A stretch of 64,000 nt of DNA, from positions 201,564 through 265,563 of the forward strand of contig RDEW01000035.1 in assembly GCA_011109175.1 (NCBI GenBank), written 5' to 3'. This document shows, piece after piece, positions 49,570 through 60,201 of the stretch. The translations under genes and the position numbers were made by a program. Positions within the stretch are counted from its first letter, which is position 1. Each line of letters starts with the position of its first letter. The notes beneath the pieces were generated by a model. The model was not told where the DNA came from. It did not search any database and saw only the letters and a program-made list of their open reading frames with translations. This stretch comes from Dicyema japonicum. Taxonomy: Eukaryota; Animalia; Dicyemida.

Positions 49570-50400
49570 ATTCATACAAAGTTGCAGAGATATATATCAT
49601 TTTTACAAATTCGCTTATTGATATATGCTTTGATTCTACCCGGGTCCTCATCAAAATTAAGATCGAGAAAAATTTATGTGCTTCTGATATCAAAAATGAA
49701 TCAGACTCAGTGTAACTCAGGAGCCTCAATAAAAATAAATAAATTTTGTAGGCTTGAAGTAGACCATGTTATATTTCAGAAGCATTTATTTCTTCATTTA
49801 CCTTTTATTCACTATTTTTAATAGATTTTACTGCTTTTAACCAACTGCCCCATCTTTAAAATTATATTTAATCAAAACCTTGTAATTATTACACCAGATG
49901 GATATCCAACTGAATGGAATTCATACCTACGATATTGTTCTTAGTAGTAGCATTCTTCACTAAGCAACTATAAATTCGTCTATTTTTGTATAATGACTTT
50001 ATTTTCAAAAATCATACGACAAATGCGAAACACGAGTCACATGAAATAATCTTTGATAGATTATTTTCAACGTTTTACCGGCTAAATTTAATTATATGGA
50101 ATAATACCTGAGATCATATATGATGCAGCATCGGATAGTAACAATAATACATTTTCTTGTTCAATCTGGCATTTTTGACAATTTCATAAAAAACGTGACA
50201 ATTGATTTGGGACGGCGGAGAGGAATCGAGAGGTTTGCACTCGACCAGATAAAAATCAGATGGATTTATATGCTTCCAATCAATCCTAGTACAAACGACT
50301 ATCGTCTAATCAGATTCATCTATTATTATAAAAAATTTTTCATCTCTAAAAAAATTTATTAGAAATTAAAACTTTAAAATTCTCCATGAATCAGGTATTG
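49570..50400 (-). pseudogene. hAT-like (DUF659-type) transposase relic
   Basis: VLLLLSDAASYM, AGKTLKIIYQRLFHVTRVSH, RWGSWLKAV, matching recalled LLFLSDAAPYM..AGK.LK..YP...HVTC.AH and TRWGTWL motifs. Confidence 0.6.
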
Positions 50401-51791
50401 ATTTTTTTCTATTTCCTTTGATTTGTACTCATAGCTATTTAGTAAGAATTAATATATACCTAACAAATTTTTTGCTTAATCGTTTCCCAGTGAGAGTCAA
50501 TGAAATATTTTTTAGAAGTGTTTATTTTTGTTTTACATGGCTTGCAATAGAGTGAGTATAAGCTATATAAATTTATTCTTCAAATTGACTTATATTTTTT
50601 CTTATAATCTAAATTGAGACGGTTTTTAATGTAGCATAACAAGGAATAGTAATTTTGCACGTGTTTAATATTCTATTTAATTAACCAATTATAAAAAATT
50701 TATTTAAATTTAAGTAAAAGTAATTATTTTATAACGGCCATCTAACTCAATCTTCTTTTTTTGGGCCAACCTCTATTACCTGTATAGGTGTGTTCACGTC
50801 GCTGCAATCCCCACATTTAGCGACTACCCTAAGTTGACATTCCATTCTGTGTTTCTCCTCACCAGGCATCGATACTCCATACCTCTCACAGTTTGCATAC
50901 TCTCCAAAGTCTTCCGTAGCACTAAGTAGTGATGAATTTATTAAATATTCTAAAAAAAATTTTTCAAGCATGGATTTAGTTGAACCGAGGTTCCTCAAAT
51001 GGAATATACAAGAGCATCAGGTTATTTTGCAGGGAGTTTAGCGCGTAAGTTGAGTTGATCGATTTGATAAAATTTGAACTTCTTTACTTTCAGTTTCTTT
51101 TTTGAGGGTGGGAGAGAAAGGTCATATAGAAGTAACTTATACAAGAAGTTTTATCAAGTCATTTGCCCTAATTGGAATCTCAATTTTGTTTCTTTTTAAT
51201 TGGTAACCTGGGGGAGAGTGGAATCAGCTTGGCAGGTCCCTATGCCTCTAATTGTTGCCAGAATCCTCTTGGGTTAGTTTTGTGGTCATATTTTCTACGA
51301 ATTCCGTCAATTTTCACTCTCTGATTCTGCGATGGGCAAACTGATGATTTTATTCGAGTAGGATAACCCTAAGTGAACAAATCACTATTTCTGTATGTGA
51401 TCTCTTCATATCTTCATCTCCGAATAAAGGAAATGATTTCATGATTGAAGGACGGATTTAGTCGAGTATAAAACCCTTCTGTATTAATTTATTATCGGCT
51501 GTTATAGTCGCTGAGCTAAATGAGCACAGAGTTTCTTTAAAGAAGTGATACTTGTAAACCGCAAACTTCCAGACAGTTCAGTAGCAGGATGGGTCTTTTG
51601 CGTTAAAATACCAGATAAGAACATTATCTATGGTTCGAAGAAATAGTAGGTTGGCATTTTATTTTGCAACATTAGAAGGGAGTAGTATACATGTTGATCA
51701 TCGAGTGTTGAGTGAGTATAAAATCAATATGAGGCTGACAAATATAGACCGACTGCACGTGTGGAAGTCTAAGCTAGACTGTGGTCTAGAT

Positions 51792-52430
51792 CAGTGGTTC
51801 TCAATGATATGTGGAGTCTCTGATATATGGAGGAAGCTTATGAAGATAACAATGAGTTCGAAGTGGTTGTTCGGAAGGGGCCCATTGCGAACAACATTAG
51901 AAGAGCCACTAATGCTCTAATGAACGAGATCTATCAGGCTTCCTCCTCGCGTTCCGCGTTTTCTCTCTGAGCGAATAAAGTGTTAGTGTGGAAATTTTGG
52001 GACCCCAGAAGTTTGAGAAAAAACGAATAAAATTGTAAAAGAACTTGTAATTTCGAAAAGTGTTGACAATACTAATGCACCAACTTCTAGAATATTAAGA
52101 AGTCCATTGCACTCGGCAACAATTCAGTACAGAGAAAGATCAATGATGTAGCATTTGATGTAAGAATAACCTATGTTAATATTAAAAAATACAAAATTCA
52201 GCTTACAACTTGGTCAATCAATACTTCGTGGAAATAAATCAATATTACTAGCTTCTGTACTTTTTGTCAAAGATGGGAAGATTATGCTGGAATTGATTTT
52301 TGCCCAAAACCTTGTAACAGATACAAATGAGATATTAGTGTTTAACAAAGTGAATCAATTTCTTCGTCTTTAAGATATTCCATACAATAATATACTTGCG
52401 TGTGCAACCATGAAGCCCATTCCATGGTTG
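51792..52430 (+). mobile_element. Buster/Charlie-type hAT transposon 5' end and transposase relic
   Basis: TIR CAGTGGTTCTCAA preceded by GTCTAGAT (NTCTAGAN target consensus); KSIALGNNSVQRKINDVA, KFSLQLGQSILRGNKSILLA, NLVTDT, IPYNNILACAT. Confidence 0.75.
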
Positions 52431-52529
52431 TCGTGTTTTTGTTTTTTATTATAAACAACAAGTACATAATGATATGACTTTGTTTTTATTTTTTAAAGAA
52501 ACAACAATTTATTAACAAAAAAATTTAAA

Positions 52530-54930
52530 TAATTAAGTCTTTGCAAATAGGATTGCGTATGTGTTTCCACGTAATACGGAAATCCCGACTCGTTGCTTTA
52601 GCCAGAACGATTCGCGGGTATCTTTTTTTCGCTTCGCTAGTTTCCCTTTTATTTTTTTATAAAAGCCACAGTGAGGGACCCTACGCCTCCCGACGTTTTT
52701 ATGGCCACTGGTGTGAATCGATAGGTGTCTCCAATTCTTTCCCGAACTAAATGATGCTCAGTACTTCTGGATCTTGGCCGATGCTGGCCTCTTGCCATCT
52801 TCACGATCCAGTCCGACAGGCTCCAGTTGAGCTGAGAAGTTTGCTGGCTCGAGGGTTCGCAGAATAACTTTATTCAATGCGGTGTGACGAAGTGAGCGAC
52901 TTGCACTCCTTTTACAAAACAAACACATCCTTTGGTGTCAACTGTTCTTCCACAACGGCATCTGTGTTTCTGGAATACTTCAAGTCCCAATCGTTGTGCT
53001 ATTCCGATTATCACACAGTGGTCGTCCATAAGAGTTCCGAAAATGGTAATGGAAATGCTTGGAACAATGCACCACTTCCATGTTCTGCTCAGATAGCAAA
53101 CATCCAAGGCGGTGTTGGTTCGACTCTTGCTTTAGGCTTTCAACTATAGCTTCGCTGGAAATTGCGCCCCTTTTCTTCTGATACGAGACTTCATCTGGGA
53201 TTGGATATCCTGCTTCTTTCCGCTGCAAGAAAGCTTAGTCAAATACTGTGTCCAAGGAAAGTCCATTAGGGTGACGTAGAATTTTCCGGACGAGATGACT
53301 GCAGCTCGAAAGCGACAATAGGTATGCTGGCTGTGGGTCTCTAAAGCCGATCTTAGGTCGACTCTTCCAAAACTTGAAGGAAGTTTGCATTGTGTCGACG
53401 AGCCCAGTTCGTCAAACGTAAATTCAGTAGTGACTCAACTGTTTACCTTAACGTATGATCCAGACTCAGTAGCAAATCTCGATGGTCGAAGCACGGTGCA
53501 CTACCAAGTGCGATAAACTGTCATAAACATTTCTCCATCCCTCCAATTGTTCCGTCATCAAGATACCAGAAGTTGAATTCAGTATAGACGGAACGAACGA
53601 CTTGATCGATCGTTAATGCAAAGAGGAGTGGTCCTAGTGGGTCTTCTTGCTGTACTCCGGACTGCAACTCGATGATATCATGATGGAATATCCCCATGTT
53701 TATAGAGTAGATAAGATTAGTGATCGACTTGACGAGATTATGTTGATCCTCAGCTGTAGGAACAAACGTCAGATCCCTGACGCAGTCCATCCAGTCCCCT
53801 ACTGCTACTCGTAGCAAACGATGCAATCTCGAGTCACAAATCTATCTCATCGATAGCGGTTTCAAGAGTTGTGGGTTGCATTGGACTCCGAGGGGGTTTG
53901 GATGTTTCCTCCTTAGCGTCTCAAGAACAGTCGTCCAAAGCAACCACCCTTAATTACCTTCGAGAAGTTTTCGATTAACCATCTCTTTGAGTTTGTCAGA
54001 ATTGGCTGGTGGTTTGTGAGGGTTTACATATTTGCGAGGTCTGAATGTCGTTGAAGATATCTTCTTCATTTTCGAGGAAATGTTGAAATGTGCACGTTCA
54101 GACCGTATCGCTTCAGTTTGGCCGTGGTCATTTTTCGTAGATTATTTGATGGAGCTGCCAAGAGCGAGGGGAACAAAGCTCAGTGGCCTTTTCCAAAAAC
54201 CTTCACAGTTCGTTGTGAGTGCATCGTCGATGAGTGAAGATATACATAAGCGGCAGGGGTCCGAACCGCCTTTGGAATCCTCATGGTATTTTCCTAGACT
54301 TTCGAGGCTGGACATGTTTAAGAAGACAAAGTTCGAGTCAGAGATTGGCTGCTCGAGATCGTATCCCATTTGTTGGGGGTACATTGTTTGTGCACTTTGC
54401 GCAATGCCATAATGAAAAAGTTCCCGCGTAAGATGTACTCATCTTCACACAGCTCAAGTGTTTGTAATCGCTGCAACATGAGCAATACCATATTTTGTAT
54501 TGTTCTTGTATCCGCATATCATGCACGTCAGGAAATGGCGTCTCGGCAATATCTTTTCATTCTTTTCTTCCGCTAAGTATCCGCAATGCTATCTTGAATT
54601 TCAACGAGTTGGAGAATTTAAGAAGATAATGTTCTAATTTGGCTTCCCGTTGCAAAGGAGGCATAGAGGCCTCTGTATATGCACGATAAAGAAAGGACTC
54701 GATTTCCCGTGCAGTCAGACAACTGCGGCAGCTCCATTGATGAAGACATTTCACTGCGACTTTAGTTAGTCGTGCGCAGCTAATGTGGAAGAATTCATTG
54801 CACGTAAAACAGCGAACACCCCCACTTCCTGTTGTTGCTTTTGCCACACCAATGCCAAAACAATCTTCAAGTTTTCATCATTTGATGTCTTATGCTTCCT
54901 TTTTATTCCGTTTCAAGAAAACGCACAATC
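52530..54930 (-). mobile_element. Long CRE-clade LINE copy (2 PHD-like fingers, RT, zinc knuckle, REL), degenerate
   Basis: CFTCNEFFHISCA..WSCRSC; CSCCSDYKHLSCV..WHCAKC; GLDGLRQ; SGVQQEDPLGPLLFAL; FWYLDDGTIGG; HRCRCGRTVDTKG; 3' ILFAK terminus and AT tail. Confidence 0.85.
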
Positions 54931-55617
54931 ACACACCACAACCGTTATCGTCCAACTTTTTAAAAAAATATAAAAAAAATATATAATTATTTTTTATCGC
55001 AGAACCGGATCGACTACTCTGGAGGCCCTCATTAAACAAAACTCCGGCATGCGGGAAGGTGGCCCTGCAAATACAGTCAGCCGCCCTGTACGAGCTTGTG
55101 TGGGTACAAGGGAGGAGCACAGAATGAGGATTTTGGCGGAGCGCATCGGGATCACGTGATAGTTAGTTTTGGTTTTATTGTGGTCTTGGGTGTTGAATAA
55201 AAAAATCGCATTCCAAACATTTTAGTTGAGAGCTTAAATCTTAGTATCCTAGTTAATTACGAAAAATGGGAGAATATTGGTTTTAATTTTGCTAAAAGGG
55301 GCAAAGGATCAAAAAGTTTTGGAGGACCTGCTGTGTGATCTTTTCTATGCAGCTGCAATATTCCCTGAACTAGTCTTAGAGATGTATATGCCCAAGAAAC
55401 ACATTAATTAAATGATGGGTTTAAATACATTTCAGACAAAAGGGTTATCCGCTTTCCATAATCTTGAGACGATTTGCAAAAAAACTGGACTTTCGCACCA
55501 ATAATCACGTTTTCGAGGTTCTAAGAAAAACATCTTACATGTCGAATATGATTCCAAAGATAAAAAAGCCAAAAACTCAAAATATAAAATTAGTTAAACC
55601 AAATATTACAATACTAA

Positions 55618-56860
55618 TCAAATCATCTTAGATTTCTTAGCGGAAGGTCGAGTAAACACTTCTGTATCCTTAACACCTCCAATGCCCCCAACCCTTCTCA
55701 CGCCTCCCTTTGCTTGATCACCCCAGGGAGAATCTACAAAGACAGTTGTATCCTGGTCCACCAAATGGGTGTATTTAGTCCTCCCAGACTTCCCAAAGTT
55801 CTTCACTTGCATCACTGACGGCAACACTCGCTTATCAAAGTGATCTTCCAACGTCGGTTGATTAAAATCCCTTTTGAAGACCTCATCATCCTTGTCCAAG
55901 TAAAAAGCTCCCCTGTGGTAGTATTTCTGTAAAAATTTCATATTCCCCGCAATTTGCTGGTTCGTATTGATCTTACCCCCATGTCTTTTGAACTCCTCCG
56001 CCCTCTGTTCGTCCGTTAAACCGTGGATCCGCTCAATCTCTGCCTTCTCCTTGTAATACCGCTCCTTTTCCTCTTTCTCTTCTTTCAGCCTCCTCAATTC
56101 ACGGATCTTCCAGCATTCATAGGCCACTTCATCATCCTCATCCTCAGAACAGACGTCCATAAGCCCATAAATAGCGGATTCAGTCGAAGTATCTCCTCGG
56201 TTTGCCTCTTCAATCATCCGCAGCGTAGACTCCCTCTGGTCCTTAGCAACTTCCTGACGTTGTATTTCCAATCTTCTCTCCAATTCTTTTTTCTTCTCCA
56301 ACTCCTGCAGACTTTTCCTGTCTTTCCGAGGGATAAACACCGCTTTCGGCAATGGAGGCGGTACAAAGACCTCTTCCTCTTCTTCCTCTGACTCATACTC
56401 ACTCTCTTCGAGTTCTTCTTTGATTTGATTCTCATCATCCTGCTCTCTTTCGACCTCTCTCTCAAGTATTTTACGTTTCAGGAGCATTCTACGCTCGTAA
56501 ATTGCTTCATCGTCCTCCTCTTCTTCCACGTGCTCAATTTTTGGTTCCACTTTAAGCCTGGGGTAAGATTTGTAAAGTACTTTATAAAGTCAGTGTTTGC
56601 TGCCTTCAAATCAGACTGATCCCCACCAAAGAATGATATGAAGGTTGATTTAGTGAGTTTTTCATCCTCGACTTCACTTCCAGATGTGTTGTCCTCATCT
56701 GCAAAGTCGGGCTTCATTCCACTGATATATCTGTTTACTTTGACTTTTTTCATGGATACCTCCCCTGACTTTCTTTAACGGGTTTTTTACCTTTTTTATT
56801 CTTCATTGGGACTGCTCCTGCTGTGGAATTTACATACTCCATTCTCTTTCCTCGTTCCAT
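55618..56860 (-). CDS. MFAP1: Microfibrillar-associated protein 1 (spliceosomal B-complex protein, Spp381 homolog), 397 aa, 3 exons
   Basis: Exons 56860-56791, 56764-56581, 56557-55618 (introns 26, 23 nt; 1194 nt, open). STAGAVPMKNKKG|EVSMKKVKVNRYISG, YECWKIRELRRLK, FLQKYYHRGAFYLD, LPSVMQVKNFGKSGRTKYTHLVDQDTT. Confidence 0.96.
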
Positions 56861-57039
56861 CACAAACACGCAAGAAAAATATTATATTATTTTTAAATAA
56901 TTTGAAAATTAACAATTTTATGTAAATTGTAATTTAATTTCTTGATTAATGTCTTGTTTTATAAATTAAAACAAAAATTAGTTTTCTTCACTACAAATAG
57001 AAAATGGAAAAGCTATGACATTGATGAGTCAGATGTATT

Positions 57040-57215
57040 CCAACTTACCTGTAATGTTACATTTTTCTTGCTATAGAAACCTTTGGAGCCTTCGGTATTT
57101 TGTCTTACGATTTCTTCCAAAAATTCTCAACATAATCTCATCCCGCTCAGGGGACCTAAAGAACGATGCTGGTTTCTTTCAATCCTGAGGGGAATATTCA
57201 CGCTATTAGTGCTTC
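57040..57215 (+). mobile_element. CRE-clade LINE 3' fragment
   Basis: AIETFGAFG and SILRGNIHAISAS across frameshifts. Confidence 0.55.
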
Positions 57216-57473
57216 GGTTTTTGACTCTAATTTTGTTTGTCGCCTTTTTTGAATTTTACTTTTAACCAGAAAACTATAAAATGCTCGTATTTTGTGCAAT
57301 TCAATGTTTTTGTACAACCAATCCTACTCTATAATCAGAGAACATGGAGAACGCTGAAAACAGATCATGAGAGACCTGACGAATATCTAAGAAATTAGCT
57401 GATGAAAATCAAAGACATTACTGTTCGAAGGATATTAAAAAAAACTCTTTGACAGTTATGGGAACGCAGGCCT

Positions 57474-58600
57474 TTAGGGCATATTCATTATAGTCCTCTT
57501 GTTTCTCGGTTTTATCAGAAATATTGTGAAGATATGTATTCTCACCCAAAGCTTCGCCATTAAATTTCCATTCTCCGTCTCATGATCAGGAAAAAATAAA
57601 TCATCTGCGAGAATTTCGTTATCTTGAGTTTTAATTCCATGTTTATAGTCAACACATACTTTCAGAGTTTTCTTTAGTGCAATGGTCTGTATATATGTTC
57701 TGACCGGGTATTCAATTTTTGGTGACGATTCCATCCCAGGTTAAAACAACGGGGATAATAGTGACTTTCGCTTCGTGCAATAAAGCAAGTTCGCTTGCTA
57801 AAAGATCGTACTTGTGGAATTTTTCAATTTCAACATTCTTCAAATTTTTCTGTGAAGTGATTCCAACTTCAATTAGTTTTCTTTCTCCTCAATTTGTCCA
57901 CTACGAAAATGTCTGGTTTATTGTTCATAATCTTTGTATCAGTAGTTATAGTTGAGTCAACTCTGATCTCAACAGCTTCATTAGCCACTACAGATTGGAC
58001 CAAATGGTTCTTCAATTTCTTCGACTGCTTGATTCCGAATTGGCGACACAGATTCAGATGAATACATTTTATTACTTTATTGTGTCTCTTCAAAAAATCA
58101 CTGTTAAGCATTCGTCCTCATCTGGTTGCCAGCTGATCAGCTGATTTCTTTAGAGTGGCAGTGACTGCAACTTGCTCCACCAGTTTCAAAAAACAAATTA
58201 TGGTCTTGTACCAAACACAATGTTCCTTCTGAGAGTGGGGAATTGTTCCTCACGCATTAACCATGTAGAGGATTCCGTAATGTTCGTATCTGTTTCTTGG
58301 AAGTATTCGAAGAGAGTTGAATGCAAAAGCTTCTTTTTTATTTGTTCCATTAGGTATTCATTTTGTAATCTTTGTATAATTTTAACATTTAGGCTCCCTG
58401 GTTGTTCAATGCTATATTTCCTGATAATTACGCTAATTGTTTCCGTGTTTATCCTGAAGGCGGACAGTTTTCATAAAAGTTCCTCAAATTTCGGTCAGAA
58501 GATTTTTTACACAGACTTTCGCCCGATGCTCCTTTATTTCAAGCCTTTGAGTCCACTAAGAGGGGACTGAAAGGTTATATTTACATGAGGAGATGAGGAC
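57474..58600 (-). mobile_element. R4-like non-LTR element 3' half (CCHC + restriction-like endonuclease)
   Basis: KKLLHSTLF, SSTWLMRG, DQLATR, RHNKVIKCIHLNLC, NKPDIFVVDK, EVGITSQ..EIEKFHKYDLLA, IIPVVLTWDGIVTK, YIQTIALKKTL. Confidence 0.8.
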
Positions 58601-59425
58601 ATTAAGAGTTTTTGCACCATAGTCAAGTTACCAGTTAAACTTACGTCCAAGTAATCACTAGTAACTGGTCAACAATAATAAAAAAACAAGTTTTTCAAAA
58701 TTTGCTCAAAAATACAAATAATTGTCACTTAGCAGTAATTATAACACAAAGTCCACTATAAAATCAACTACAGAGATTTAGATAGCTCATCCGATGAACG
58801 TAACTTCAATTCACGTGATTACGAGGAAAAGCCGGAGTCGTTTTGGGTTCCCTTTACAGCATATTTGCATTTAGACTAATTGATCCCGTGATACCACGCT
58901 AGTCGTTTGAAGTAAAGTGGGGAAGAAAAAAGGAGAGAAATCTTCCATTAAGTATTCAGTGGAGAAATTGAAGTCATGGAGCAATGCTAGAGACATGACA
59001 TCTCAACCACTTGTTAATGACAAGATTAGATAGTCTTGACATTGATAGACATTTTAAATTGATATGTAAATTTATTTTTAATGAGGGAGACAGAAAAAAA
59101 ATATAGAAAGGGGGAGGCTACTACTACAGGACGGCTTTTATAGCCACTCTATTTCAAGCAGCATCATCTTGAGCTCGGTAAAGGCACAGAAAAAGCCGAG
59201 AAGGCTAATAGTAGGAAATACTATGGACTCTGACCGTTTCACGAAATACGTTGTGAGAAGCAAAAAAATGTTTTCTTTTTCTCGAAAAACTGGGATGTAT
59301 GTTACACTCAGAAATCATCCCATATGTGAAACTCAGTGGAGGCAACAATGCAGTGTGACCTAGTTGTAACTTAAAGAATGATATTTTCTCAAAATATAAG
59401 TGGTTATAATCATTCACAGTTTTTT

Positions 59426-60201
59426 TCAAATTTCGATGGTAATTTTTGTGAGAGAAAACTTTCTGAATAATGTTCCAATATAAAAGTATATTAGAATCAA
59501 GGACAGCCACTCAAAGAAAGCCGTAGCACTAAGAAGCGTCTAAATACTCAAACGAAAATACTTTTGTTTGGCTCGAATAAATTAACGTGATCCTTAAAAT
59601 AATCACTAAATTAACATAAAATGTACACGAAAAAGTCGTCAAAACCAAGAAGGAAGTCAGAAACACCTGAAATAGGCAACATCCACTAGAAAAGTGATGT
59701 CGCCTCAATTTGTTGGAAATAACGGCCATCAGTGCCATCGAAATGGATAAGGAACTAAATCCAATTCCAGCACTGATGTAATGCATGGGATACTCGACAG
59801 GGATCTACAAAAGAACTCAAAGTTACCTGGAAATTAACGGTGACTAAAAATCCTAGTGAGCTAATCATTGCGAAAATAAAGCTCAGCAAATTAATGATGT
59901 TGTTGTCCTCGAGTTCCATCAGAAAACTCCTGGCAGTGACATAGTTGATGTAGATAATCAAGATATCTGCAATTAATGGTAAGCTGACTCAATGATAACG
60001 AAAAATTTAGGAAAAGCGAAAAAAAAGAACTTTCTGGTCTTTTGCGGAAAAAGTGGCTAAATATTAACATCCCTATCACCTGATAAATGGAATTGGCGTA
60101 ACAGAGTCTTTAGGCGTATCAAGTTTCTCCCAAATAACAGTACCGACGATTCCTATAAAGCAAGTTAATATGGATGCTATAATGAGAATTTTCGGATTCA
60201 T
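59426..60201 (-). CDS. Frag1/DRAM/Sfk1-family multipass membrane protein, paralog 2 (221 aa), 6 exons
   Basis: Exons 60201-60080, 60056-59989, 59966-59827, 59804-59627, 59605-59562, 59539-59426 (introns 23,22,22,21,22 nt; 666 nt, open); PIPFIS..PESSFFSLFLN, VNFQ..MHYISAGIGF, TAFFEW. Confidence 0.8.

Noticed and set aside
50747-51450. ORF with a Cys pattern (CERYG..C..CGDC) suggesting a zinc-ribbon gene
   Set aside because: No splicing solution gave a coherent gene and no family motif could be confirmed; probably a relic.
51935-51985. TCCTCCTCGC followed by GCGAAT, resembling an HDV-like ribozyme
   Set aside because: I could not form P1, P3 or P2 pairings around it.
52125-52150. ACAGAGAAAGAT resembling the U6 ACAGAGA box
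   Set aside because: Lies inside the hAT transposase frame and lacks all other U6 features.
55000-55160. GC-rich block as 5' UTR or ribozyme of the long CRE copy
   Set aside because: It translates to a weak CRE-like knuckle/RH segment and is separated from the element by an AT tract; no ribozyme fold found.
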